From Marsupella aquatica (Eukaryota; Plantae; Marchantiophyta), in assembly GCA_973895155.1 (NCBI GenBank), contig OZ316897.1, positions 19,230,168 through 19,294,167 on the forward strand: 64,000 nucleotides of DNA. The letters run 5' to 3'. Positions within the stretch are counted from its first letter, which is position 1. Every line of letters begins with the position of its first letter. The position numbers were made by a program, and so were the translations under genes. Below, in pieces: positions 1-12,386 of the stretch. Below the pieces are notes generated by a model, which worked only from the letters and a program-made list of their open reading frames with translations, made no database searches and had not been told where the DNA came from.

Positions 1-24
1 GTTCTTAAGTACATACATAGTGAC

Positions 25-2672
25 GTGTGGGATCCATCCCTGACTCCCTCACACTCTGGAAAGTTGTACTATGTATCATTTATTGACGATTACTCAAAAT
101 TTATGTGGATTTATTTCATGACGCATAAGTCTGATGTCTTGTCCATTTTTAAGAAATGGAAGGCCCAGGTGGAGAATCAGACTGGAAACACGATCAAATG
201 TTTGGATACAAGGATGAAGAGTGAGGTCAGACAACCGCGGGGAGTACACTTCAATGGAATTTGAAGAGTACTATTCAGAATAGGGGATAACTCGCCATCT
301 CACCACAGTTTATACTCCGCAGCAGAAAAGTGTCGCTGAGAGGCTCAATCGAACACTGTTGGAGCGGTCACGGAGTATGTTGAGCCAATCAGGTTTACCA
401 CAAGAATTTTGGGCAGAAGCTGTCAATACCGCAGCTTATTTGGTAAATCTTTCTCCTTCTAGTGCTATCAATTTCAAAACGCCGTTTGAGATGCGCTATA
501 AGCGGCAAGCAGACTATCATGGCTTGATAGTTTTTGGAAGTGATGCATATGCTCTCACACCGAAGTAGAATAGGACCAAGTTGGATCCTACCTCCAAGAA
601 ATATATTTTTCTTGGGTACCAGAGTGGTGTGAAAGCCTATAGGCTATGGGATCCTATTGCCTGTAAGCTCATTGTCAGGGATGTTTCCTTCAATGAATCC
701 AGATTATTGAAGGAGGGGGAGAATACTCAGGTCTCCCGTATTGACAAAGGAAAATCTCCTATCCCGGATCTCATTGAGGGGGAGATTGGTCATGAGGTGC
801 ATGACCGGAGAGAAGCAGTTGCTCCAATTATGGAGTTGGTTCCTATGCCAGAGGAACCAAAGGAGTTTGTTGATGCTGGTGAGCAGCAAGTGGATGTTGC
901 TAAGCTTCAAATTGTACCAGCACACGCAGATCAACCGGAGTCATCGGCTAGAAGAGCATCTGGTCGCACTGTACGCGCTCCACCAAGGTATGGACAGTGG
1001 GTTGATTCATCTCAATTGCAAGAGGAGGACTTTGTTACTGATGATGAGCGTGACGCGTTGATTTTGGAAGAAGGGGAACCTTCTTCATTTCATGAAGCAA
1101 GTGCTTCAAAGGGAAAGCAGGAGTGGGCTGTAGCTGCAATGCAAACAGAAATGCAGTCACTAAAGGACAACAAAACTTGGGAGCTTGTCAAGCTACCTGA
1201 GGGACAGCAAGTGGTGGACAGCAAGTGGATATACAAGCTGAAGGATCAGTCCACAGGAGGTGGATCGAAGGTCTACAAGGCTAGGTTGGTAGCCAAGGGA
1301 TTCACACAGGAAAAAGGTGTGGATTACAATGAGGTCTTCTCACCAGTTGCTAAGTACTCAACAATACGGCTATTGTGTGTGCTTGTTGTTATGTTTGGTC
1401 TGCTGCTAGATCAGATGGATGTTGTCACAGCTTTCCTCTATGGCACCTTGAAAAAGGTGATCTTCATGAGACAGCCGCTAGGTTTTGTGAAGAAAGGGCA
1501 AGAAGATTTGGTTTGCAGATTGCTGAGATTCTTGTACAGGTTGAAGCAATCACCAAGACAGCGGAATAAAATTTGATGATTGGATCCGTGCACAAGGCTT
1601 TCACAGGAGTGTGTTTGACCCATGTGTGTATCTTAAACCGATGAAGAATGTTGTTTTTGGGTTCATTGTTTTAGTACTTTATGTGGATGACATGCTTATT
1701 GTGGCCAAGGATAGGTCTGAGATTGTTAAGCTAAAGGCACTGCTTAGTGCAGAGTTTAAGATGAAGGACTTAGGGCCAGCTAAGAGAATTTTGGGTATGG
1801 AGATCACTAGGGACTTGAAGGCTAGTAAGCTATGGTTGACGCAGAGTTGTTTTGCAAGGAAGGTAATTGCAAGGTTCGACGTGGGGGATAGCAAGCCAGT
1901 AAGTACCCTGTTGGCTCCACACTTCAAGTTGTCATCAGCTTTCTGTCCTACGGATGACACAGAGAAGGGGTTGATGTCAAAGGTTCCGTATGACAAGGCA
2001 GTGGGGAGTCTCATGTATTTGATGACTTGCACTAGACCTGATCTTGCCATGGCTATGGGCAAGGTGAGCAGGTACATGTTGAATCCAAGGAAGGTACACT
2101 GGGAAGCAGTGAAGTGGATTATTTGGTATTTGAAGGGTACCGTGGATCATGGTCTATTGTTTGATACACATGCTGATAATGCTAGATCATTGATGGGCTA
2201 TGTAGATGCTGACTATGCACAGGATCTGGATCGGAGGAGGTCAACAACAGGTTATGTGTTCACACTTGGAGGTGGATGCATAAGATGGACGTCTACTTTG
2301 CAGAAGTGTATTGCTCAGTCTACTATAGAAGCGGAGTATGTTGCAGCAGCGGAAGAAGTAAAGGAAGCGATTTGGTTGGATAGACTTATCACTGAGATGA
2401 GATTGCCACAGGGGAATGTGAAGCTCCATTGTGATAGTCAGAGTGCACTCCACCTTGCTGTGAACCAGGTGATGGACAGTAGAGTGAAGCACATCGACGT
2501 TAGGTACCATTTTATCAGGCAGGCTATGTTTGATAATATGTTTGAGCTAGTCAAGATTGACGGTAAACTCAACCCGGCTGACGCTTTTACCAAAGTGATT
2601 CCTTTGGAGAGTTTTTCTAGACACGTGATGCGTTGCAGGTTTTGCAATTGCCTCACAAGTAGGATTACTTAA
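25..2672 (+). pseudogene. copia pol remnant (integrase-RT-RNase H) with stops and frameshifts
   Basis: Broken into ORFs 25-264, 359-568, 581-1576 and 1611-2672, each carrying consecutive copia pol motifs. Confidence 0.93.
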
Positions 2673-2850
2673 CATTTGTGTAGATACTGAGATATGCTCT
2701 TGCTCATTCCTTGTATAGGCTACGGCTTAGTTCTGGTCTATTCTCGTATAAAGAGGGAACCGGTTTGGTTTTTCTTTCCAGAACTTCCCGCTGAGCAGTC
2801 ATATTGGTAGCAGTCTTTACCCTCCCCTAGACCAGAGTCAAGGGGAAGAT

Positions 2851-3194
2851 TGTTAGGATTTACTCTTAGGTCTAGAGTTACGAATGTACCGTAGTTAAGG
2901 CTAACCTTAGTCGCAGACTTTATTAGGTTAGTCATGCTGTGCACACTCTATAACCAAGCGGTGTTTGCTTGGAGAGGGGAACTCAGGCTCATTGTTACGG
3001 AGCTAGTTGAGAGATAGAGAGAGCTTGCGCTATGGATGCTTGGTATGGCCGGTCGGCCTAGAGTGCAGTAAAGCTCATGTGTGTTCCTGTGGGCGTAGCC
3101 TCATGTGGAGGTGAACCACGTATCTCTCTGTGTCGACTCTTGTGCGTTGGATGGTTCATGGGCTTGTCGTTGCGATTGTCGTCTATGCTCAACA
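2851..3194 (+). repeat. 3' LTR (344 bp) of the copia element
   Basis: Starts TGTTAGG directly after the PPT and ends CTCAACA; near-identical to the solo LTR at 30992-31336. Confidence 0.95.
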
Positions 3195-5365
3195 GCTAGT
3201 TTGGTTGTAGATGGTATTAAAAACACCATATATTTTGCTTTTTTTAAATTGGATTCCTTGAGTTGAGAGGTACAAGATTTTAGTAGGACTAAAATGGAAT
3301 TTCAGATGGTCAATTGGATATACAGTCATTATAAGGAATAAAAATCTTGCCTTATAAAAAGGGAAGTTGCTTACCCCAGGCACTACTATTGCTAAGAACT
3401 GTATAAATGAAAAGAAATTTTGTGCCTTTAACAAATGTATTAACCCCTCTTACAAAGGCAATATAGGAACTAGCCTCGCAAAACTGGGCGTTTAATAAGT
3501 GTACTAAATAAAAGCCCTCTCATTGGGGGCGTGATAGCTGATGGCCCATAAGGCCCTAAAATGAGAGATCATTACATACATGTAACTTGGAGAATTTTGT
3601 TCAATTTGAATGTGTTCTGCAAAAAAACCCACAGATGGGGGAAACACGCAGCACCAGAAAAAACCAAAGATACAAAGGAGGACAATCCACCAGCCTCAAG
3701 CAACATTCAAAGCCCACTAGGCACCTGATTAACATCAATAGACCTAACATAAAATTCCAATAACCTACAACCCACGCAGTTCACCCCAGGGCTCTATCAG
3801 GCTCTTCAGTTTGCCAAAGGCTAGGGTCATAGGTATCAGGGTTGCTTGTATTGCGCCTTTTTGTTTCGGTTTTTGGGCCTTTGGGTTTTTTTGTTGTCCT
3901 TTGATTGGGTTTTCGCCTTTGGGATCATGTCTCCTGGTTGGGCTCTCCTTGTTCTTTGGCAGTCTGCTATATATATTCATATGATTTTTGTAAATCAAGT
4001 TTTGACCTTTAGATTTCCAGGGAGTTTTGGCCTTTAGATCTAGATCTTGCTAGATTTAAGGATAACAGACAACTTTTGTCTAATGGGGTTTGTGGCTGGG
4101 CAGGAACCTGGCTAATCAAGACAACAAGCCTCCCTAATGGCCAAAAGTAGCAAATGAGGTGGAGTTTAGCAATTTTTCACAACTAATAAAGCGCTGCTGC
4201 GAAGTATCGGACGAAGCTGACTCAGGTGAAAGAGGGGCGGAAAGTACAAATATGAATAGGATAATGTACTGGTTAGAGGGCATTGTGGGATATAATGCCC
4301 TGAAAAATGAGGCAGTAGCCTGAGTTTTGAGGGCATTATTTTCATAATGCCTGTAACTAGGACATTAATGTACATTAAAACTTGAATGACTTTTCAGTAA
4401 CAAACAAGAAAAATTGAATCCCTGAAATAGAAAATTCAAATTAAAGGGTCATAAGAAGTGGTTGCAATGGAATTGGCCAAAAATATACCTTCTTCATTTA
4501 TATTAGATTTTATTCATAGATATTTTGTTAGTATCACCATATAAGATTTGGTTATCATCTTCAAATCTTGACTAAATTTCATTTAATTTTTTGTATGATA
4601 AAACCATATTTAATTTTTACTTTTATATGTATGGTGTTTTGTATAATACTCTCCTCAAAAAAAGGGGTGAGGTGCATTATGGAGAATTAATGCACTCAAA
4701 TATAGAAAGACAAAAGTCACGAAAGTCTTTACGAGTGTAAAATATATGCATTAAAAAAATAAAACATTTGAGACTCTGGGAGAGTTTGAAAGCTCCACGA
4801 GGACGAGAAAATTGACAGATGTTACAGAAGCTGAGAAACAAAATCTCTCTAACGTTGCGAACATTTTGCTGCAGTGCACGATTAATTTGTGTAGCACGGC
4901 AATCATGGCAGCAGCAGCAGCAGCAGGAGCAACGACCAGGTGCGTGACTTCAACTCCTCCTTGAATATCTTTTCTTTTCTCTCTTTGAATGAAGAACTCC
5001 TCTTCTTCCTCCCTCCAATTCAATTGTGCTCCGATTGTGCTTCGATTGTGCTTCGATTGTGCTTTCTGCTACTGAATTTGGACGTATGAGCTCCGTGTTC
5101 GAGAGCAAACCGGAAACGGATGTAGACCTTCCTGTAATGGTCACGGCTGCAGTGGCAAACACTCCCACACGCACTCGTCTCTCTTGAGCTACGCCGTTCG
5201 ATTCACTTCAGTGCCTTGGAAGGAACGGGCCTTTCAATTTTGCTTCTGAGGGTTAGTTAGTTACCTAACTCCATAGCCTAAACGTTTGGGGTCCGGGGAG
5301 CGTGGAGTGAAAACTATGTCGGTCGTAGAGATGCTCCTTTGTTCTCCAGTCAATTGCTCAGATTA

Positions 5366-5610
5366 CTCTTTGTAGATCAATGTGTGATGGTGATTGTGGT
5401 GGCAAGAACTTTTGCATCAGATGCAGAGGACTTTGTAGATGATCTGTGATGGTCATAATAGCTTCGAAAGCTTCTGCATCATGTACCTTAGCGCAGAGGA
5501 CTCTTTGTACATCAATGCGTGATGGTGATTGTGGTATGTAGAACTTTTGCATGTACTCAAAGGCAGAGGACGTTTTGTACATAACTTTGTGATGGTCATT
5601 ATGGCGTCGA
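5366..5610. repeat. degenerate tandem duplication, period about 135 bp
   Basis: CTCTTTGTA(G/C)ATCAATG(T/C)GTGATGGTGATTGTGGT...GAACTTTTGCAT...GCAGAGGAC...GTGATGGTCAT occurs at about 5366 and 5501. Confidence 0.75.
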
Positions 5611-6455
5611 GAGCGAATTACTCATCCCGTTGAGTCGAGTCCATGCATGCCTGGATATTTGGCATCTCCAAGGCTCCTTAAATTTCTTCTTAGCTTTACG
5701 GCCACCTTCCAGAAAAAAGGGTCAATTTCAATTCGTGCGGAAGTTTCTGGCATGAGCACCCGTGTTTCCATTCGCACACTTCGAAGCGTTCAGGGAAAAA
5801 ATTGGCCTCTCTTAAGATCTTTCAATCTTGGTCCGAGATGTATTGGATTTCGATGGCCGTCGTGCGATCCTCTAAATCGAGTTGTCTACATTGGAGTTCG
5901 GCTCGTTGAGTTTCTATATAGAGTGGAAAACAGAAGGTGACTCACTATACCGTGCAGAGGGAAGAGTCCTTGCCAGCTGTGAAATCGTGTACTGGATGAA
6001 TGAGATGGTCTTGTTAGGGTATCCGAAGTGGACGAATCACAATTGATTTGTTAGGGTTTTCCGTTGCTGTAAATTGGCTGTTTCTGGCGAAAGTAAGTTG
6101 ATTACGTTCTGTTATCCACTGTTTCTCTTCGCCTCAGTTCTTAGGCTCCTTTGTTTGATGGGATCCATGGGACGTCAATTCAATTCTGTTTGCCGGCAGT
6201 GTCTGCCGTTTCTCCAGCTAGGAAGCCGTGCAAAGCATATAGGACGTGCTCTGGTCACTTATAGGCGTCCATCATCATTTCGCTGGTAGAAGTACCGAAA
6301 ACCAGGGCATCCAAACGATCTACTCTGCTTCATGGGAACGAACCAGTTTGCAGGTAGAGCCGTAGAGCTGTGGACACAACACACACCCCAGCTCATAGTC
6401 AAAGCCGTGACGACGAGTGAGACACATCTCGAGGAAGAATGGATACTCTGCTGTT

Positions 6456-8065
6456 ATGTGAGTTGTTTAGAGATCCCGTTGTAGTTCTGCAGTATGTAGC
6501 AGGAGATACTGACGTCCCTCTTCTCATTGAAACAGGTGGTGGAGTAAGGACACGGTAGCTGTGGTGACAGGAAGCAACAAGGGAATAGGATTCGAGATAG
6601 TTCGAGGCTTAGCGAAACAGGGGATCACGACGATACTGACAGCTCGTGATCAAACCAGAGGAAATGAAGCACAATCCAAGCTGAAAGCTGAAGGATTGGG
6701 AGTTGTTTTCCATCAACTGGACGTTTCCACCACAGATTCAATTGGAACTTTTACCAGCTGGCTGGAGAAGGAATATGGAGGTTTGGATATTCTTGTAAGT
6801 ATACGACCATATGCTTCGATGGTTCATGTTTATGTCTCAGTAAAGTTTTCTTGCCCCTGGAGGTTGTTAGTATGTCCAAGAGTGAAGTGTCGCGGAATCT
6901 TTGTTGGATGAATTTGAACGATGAGCCACGTGCTGTGAATTGTCGCTGAAAGCTGGTTGAAAGTTCCGAGTCGGCTGGAATTTAATGATGCGCGAGCATG
7001 CTTGAAATATGGGAGAATACTAGACCATGGTGCTTACGTCCTACTTGCTGGCGAACAGATCAACAATGCAGGAATTGATAACGCAGAAGTTAACTTCGAG
7101 AATGCAACAACCGTTTTGGAGACAAACTTCTTTGGAGTCAAAAGACTGACAGAGAAATTGCTGCCTCTATTTAGACCGTCACCATTTGGAGCCCGTATTG
7201 TGATGGTCAGCTCACGACTGGGATCACTTAAGGTAACATAATGTGGACGAACATTTCTTTCAGCATTTTCTCCAATGTTTCGTTTTACAGGGCCATTTTT
7301 TCTCGGAGTGATCTCACACGAAGTAGAGGGTTTTACGGCGATTTCCTCGGCAGATGACATTCGGTCATAGAAATTATGTTTGAATGGTCCATCGAGATCC
7401 TGATGCGGCAGCTATGAGTTTCTAGCTCAATCACGCTCTTTCAAAAACCTCGTAGCTTTCGTAATCCATACATTGGAGGGCATTTGATTATATTCGACTG
7501 TTAATAAAACTTATGTCCCAAAAATGCTTGGAAGTGAAGTTTGTCTCATAAGTTCGAGGTCTGTTCCGAAACTTTAGTTGTTTGGAGTGAGTGACTTAAA
7601 TCTTATCGCCACAATAATCAAATGACTTGCCTGCCAGTGCTGTAGCTAACCAAATTGTTTTATGGCCAGAGATGTAATAATGAGGCTGTGAAACACCTGA
7701 TAGACAATGTCGAGGAATTGGATGAAATCTCCCTGAACTCTATCGCCCAACAATATTTGGAAGATGTCAAGTCGGGAGCCTGGAAGTTGAGAGGATGGCC
7801 GACTGCATTCCCTCAGTATTCTGAATCGAAGTTGTTCCTGAATGCCTATACTCGTCTCCTCGCGAAGTCCGTCGAGAATCGCCCAGATGGCCACAAGATT
7901 TATGCGAATGCGATTTGTCCCGGATTTATCAGTACAGACATGACACGCCATAACGAAAAAGCGAAACCGGCAGAAGCAGGGGCTGATACCCCAGTGTGGC
8001 TGGCTCTATCACAAGGTGGGGCAACTGGAAAGTTTTTTGGGGAGAGGAAGGAAATTGAGTTTTGA
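6456..8065 (+). CDS. short-chain dehydrogenase/reductase, carbonyl reductase / (+)-neomenthol dehydrogenase-like
   Basis: Exons 6536-6794, 7059-7232 and 7670-8065 join in frame through GT-AG introns. Motifs WWSKDTVAVVTGSNKGIG (TGxxxGxG), LDIL|INNAG, VSSRLG, YSESK (YxxxK), ICPGFISTDMT, GADTPVWLAL. Start uncertain; the best candidate is an ATG split by intron 6458-6535 (AT at 6456-6457 plus G at 6536). Confidence 0.92.
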
Positions 8066-9387
8066 CAGAAGGACGCAGATAGGTAGGAGCTCGACAATAT
8101 GAAATGTGGTCTGATTGTCATGAAGCACAAATTGAATCATTCGTCTGGATGAACAGGTTCATTTCTATGGATAGAGATTTGTTTTTCGAAAACGCGATGT
8201 ACTGTGAATGGGCCATCATGAACTCGTTTTTGATAACAATTGTGTTGGCCACTATCCGCGCATGTACCCTGGGTTTTGCAATTTCAGGAGCTTGTAACCG
8301 AGAAAAACATTTTTTAAATGGAAAAAAAGGTGAATTGTATTTAGCCGAAACTTCCTCAGTAGTGGACAGTAAATGGCTTGCCACGCAACAGTCGGAGGCG
8401 TAACCAAAACTAGGATGCTCTTCGTATTAGAGTTACACAGGGAAGTTTTGATGCACTTCCAACAGCTCTGTGAATGGAGGTGGTATTTCACCTTCCCTGC
8501 CTTGTCACGACATTGTCGACAGCAAGTTGACCTACAGAGGTTGTGACTGCACTAAAGGCAAATTCTCAGCAGGCCGAAGATAAGCAGCTCTTACCTTTGT
8601 TTTGAATCCAACAAATGAGGTACTGTAGTTCGCAGCGTCTTCCAATGTTCGGTAAATTTGATTTCTATTTCCGCTGATTTTAAGCCTCATATGACGCGTC
8701 ATGCTTTAAAAGCGTCCTAGCCCCCCTATAAGATATAGCCTGAGAGACAATTTAGGCCACAGTACACCCGTGAGAAGGAATATGAAACAAAAGAAAAGGA
8801 AAAATTCTCATGAGATCCTTTCACTGCCTAATATGGCATCAAATAACTCTCGCCAATTAAGGGATTACCTCAAATCTGCTCTGTGCAAATTTTGGATTGA
8901 GCTGCAAGATGTTTCTCAGAGGACAGTGAAGTGTTTCTAGATCGGGCTACAAGATCTTGCTCAATATTTGTGGCAAAGGAGTTGACAATTTGGTTCGCAC
9001 CAGGAAATACCCGAATTCTCATTGATTAGTCAACGACTAGCGAGGACCTACTTGCCAGACAATTGCTGGCCTATTTGGAGCAGGCAATGCTTGCCAGCTC
9101 GCTTCTGTAATAAGATGTCGAGTCCATGGCCAAGGATTCCATGAGTCGCTCCACTGCACCGGAAAATGCTTCATCTTGATTTGGCTATCAAATACTTCAG
9201 TGGTAGTCGGTACTTATGCTCATGATGCACATAGCTGTAACTCTGGGTTGAGTCCTTGGCCAAACCGAAAATTTCAATAATATTTACGAGCATGACATAT
9301 GGGAAGTCCAACAAGGACAAAGTGCAACATACTTTGGTGCAATAGTTCATTAGTGTACAGCCTTTACAGGCAAAATTGAATTCTATC

Positions 9388-10387
9388 CTATAATCCCATG
9401 CCTCTATCTTGGTGTTGCTCCCGTTGTGTTTCCCCTGCACCTGACTTAGTGACATTCAACTGATCGCTGTTTTCTACTCTTGAAGAAGTTTCTCTCTCTA
9501 CATCGTTCTTCAGAGCTGTCGAGGCTCTCAATACTTCTCCAAAACCCTCTTGATAACCTTCTACGAAACGTCGGAGCGCATCTCGATATGCTGAAGCCCT
9601 GGTTATGTAGCCGTTGCAATGCAGGACGCAGAGTCTCTGATCCTGCTCTAATAGCTAGGGGTGCAGGATCACAGAGGCGGGTAACCTGCTTTAACAACTA
9701 GCATAAAGGCCAGGCTATGAACGTGAGCCATTGACCAGTGTAAGATAAATGGTAATGAATTAATCTCAACATTCTTCATAGTGTCCTTCCGTTAAGTTCA
9801 GGCTAGAGAAACACTGGCACTCACCAAGCTCCTCCAAAGTTGAGCGCTCCTCTCGATTTTTCTGTTTCCACTGAATTGATTCTCCATCGTTCTCTTCCAC
9901 GTCGTCATCAAGTGTCCCAGTTTTCCCAACTTCGAAAGTAAAGCCTCGTTCCTGTTTCCACACCTGTCCAATTATCACAGGACGTGGTCAACATCAACAA
10001 CTCTCGCAGCCTGAATCTTTTGCCTGTGACTCACACTTATGACGAACAGAGAACTGATTGAAAGGAATAGGGTCACCCCATGAAATTCAATCAAGCAGAA
10101 GGCTGAGGAACTGCAGTCCAAAAGTCGAGAAAAGACTTAAATCATGTCGCATCATTTAACACTAGAAATAGCGTAATCAAATCCTCCACATGCCACTGCT
10201 CCACATCAGGGCAGCTGTGGCAAAATAGAAGAGTAGGCGGACAACACCTGGAGGTGCTATCGGGTCAATTTCCTAGGCTTTGGCTTTGAAGAAGGTGGAT
10301 CGGGCTGAGATGATTGGAAGGCAATTTCTTGCAGATCTGTGCGTATATAATGCACGATATTCCTCCAAACCACACCCTTAGCTTCAT
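9388..10387 (-). pseudogene. EMB2735-like conserved plant protein gene, disrupted
   Basis: Minus-strand pieces read MKLRV/VWRNIVHYIRTDLQEIAFQSSQPDPP...RKLTR*, ...EERSTLEEL, and AIRAGSETLRPALQR/YITRASAYRDALRRFVEGYQEG. These match, from memory, the plant family typified by Arabidopsis EMB2735. Frameshifts near 10372 and 9611 and an in-frame TAG near 10257. Confidence 0.75.
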
Positions 10388-10549
10388 GTCCAGTTAGTTC
10401 CCTGTCCAACACTACAAAATAGGGTGCACTGTCCTGGTCACAATCATTTGCAGTTCATCCGTCACATAATCATGACATGAAGACAACATAGGGCACCAAT
10501 TTGTGAGTAGGAGCCACAACTACCTGGCAGAAAATAGGGAACATGAGGA

Positions 10550-10944
10550 TCAGTTAGACCCCGTCTGCTGTAAATTGGAGGGCTTGGTCTCATCATTGGC
10601 CGCAAATTCTAGTGCAAGTTCCCGTTCTTGTCTTCGCTGCTCTCTCTGCAAATGACCACCAGGGAATTCACCACCTTTCATGCGATGCTCGAAACCCAAA
10701 CCAGATTCTCAGAAATTACAGTACCATACAATGTCTCCAATCAATTCCCCGGAATTTTATTGCTAAACGAAAGAAGCGAGAATGAAGGCAGAGTGAAATT
10801 TCGAGCAGCTCAGCGACTCACCCGGCGCTCCCAGAACGGCAGATCGCAGACGAAGTCATAGACGGGGGTGACGGAGAGGCACAAGAGGGTGTTCAGAGAC
10901 ACAAATGCTGCGATTGTCCGCAATTCTCCGTGCCGAAGGACCAT
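10550..10944 (-). CDS. small (72 aa) two-exon protein with a hydrophobic N-terminal half and a PVYDFVCxLPFWERR-REQRRQERE motif
   Basis: Exon 1 10944-10822 (ATG, 41 codons, donor GTGAGT) and exon 2 10645-10550 (acceptor TTTGCAG, TGA) join at phase 0 without stops: MVLRHGELRTIAAFVSLNTLLCLSVTPVYDFVCDLPFWERRREQRRQERELALEFAANDETKPSNLQQTGSN. The motif resembles an uncharacterised small plant protein family (recalled, not searched). Confidence 0.75.
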
Positions 10945-11029
10945 CTCTCTCCTTCTCTCTCTCCCTCTCGATCAATGTTATGACGCTCCGTCCTGCAAAG
11001 ACGAGAACATTTCAAGTGAGACTACGGTG

Positions 11030-11535
11030 AGCATCCCGTGTGCACTAAACAAGGGTCTCTCTATAAGTGCACACTCCCGCAATGAAGCATCCCGTGTGCA
11101 CTAAACAAGGGTTTTCAGTAAGTGATAAGTGTAAATCTGTAGCATTGTCTTGCGTCACAGGAGTGTATGGTTTAGATCACTTGTGCGTAATTATCTGAGA
11201 GTACACTTATATCTCTCTAAGTGCACACTTCTAGCAAGAAACGTACCTTGTGCACTACACAACGTTTACACCATATGGTAAGTGCAAACCAGTAGAATTG
11301 TGCACTTGTCAAAAACAAGTGTAAGGTTTACATGTAGCTGTTACATGTGTAATTATCTGGGATTGTAGTCATCTCTACGTGCATAATCCTGGGAAGGAGC
11401 ATCCCATGTGCACTACACAAGGGTGCACTACACAAGGGTTTCCAATTGCATGATAAGTGCAAACCTGTAGAATTGCACTACACAAGGGTTTCCAACTGCA
11501 TGATAAGTGCAAACCTGTAGAATTGTGCACTTGCG
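11030..11535. repeat. degenerate modular tandem repeat
   Basis: Repeated GCATCCC(G/A)TGTGCACTA(A/C)ACAAGGGT and ATAAGTGCAAACCTGTAGAATTG modules, including a near-perfect ~50-bp duplication at about 11425-11525. Confidence 0.75.
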
Positions 11536-12386
11536 CCGGTAATAATGTATGGTTTACATTTCTATATGCAATTATACTCCTTTGGTAAACAGTCTAGCGA
11601 CTCCCACCCTAAATTGTATATCTTTGCCGTGAATTCAGTTCCCCACCCCATAAGTGCAAATTCTACGCTACCAAAATGTCATACACTAATCACTGAGTGA
11701 ATCTCTTTGGGATTGTGCGCTTACCTCATTGGGGGTTTGCGCTAATAAGTCATCATTTAGTGAACTTTACTAGAGTAACCCTAAATTGAGAGTGGGCCCA
11801 CTAATGCCAGTGGGTTTTCTTGCTGAGGCTATTTTGGTTTGTTTGAAATTGACCCGGGTAACCCTAATTCTAGAGTGGTGCCAGCATCGGCAGATAGGAA
11901 ATAACACTAATGATGGCTTGCTAAGGCCATATTGGGTTGTTCAAATTTAACCCTGGTAACCTTAATCTCAGAGTGGAGCCAGCTTCGGCAGATAATAACA
12001 CTAGTTATGGTGAATTTTCTTGCAGATGCTTCTTGGGTTGCAATTCCATGAGGAAGAGGAATTCCCAACTGTCAAATCCTTTGAGCACATCAATGACACC
12101 GTCAAGTCTAAAATTCTGAATCTTCTGCCTGTATGTCACTACAGTCCTTGTTACTCCAACCCACTAAAGTGTCATCTACATTTTGTTGGCCCCCGAATCT
12201 AAACGAGAAGATATGAAGAATCGATGTCTGCACCAAAAAATTCAAGAAAAGGAAGCGAGGCGAACTCGATTGTGTGAAGACTTGGCCCAGGATTTGGTAC
12301 ACATCTCCAGATGATCCACATGAATCACTTTGCCTACTTTGTGAGCGTAAATGTCATTCAGTGTCCAAATGCTCTCAAAGATTTGA

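Larger units (their letters stand above)
1..3194 (+). mobile_element. Ty1/copia LTR retrotransposon, 3' part (5' end lies outside the window)
   Basis: Integrase (YYVSFIDDYSK, FWAEAVNTAAYL), RT (YKARLVAKGFTQ, QMDVVTAFL, LYVDDML) and RNase H (GYVDAD, KHIDVRYHF) in copia order; polypurine tract AGTCAAGGGGAAGAT at 2836-2850; TG...CA LTR at 2851-3194. Confidence 0.96.
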
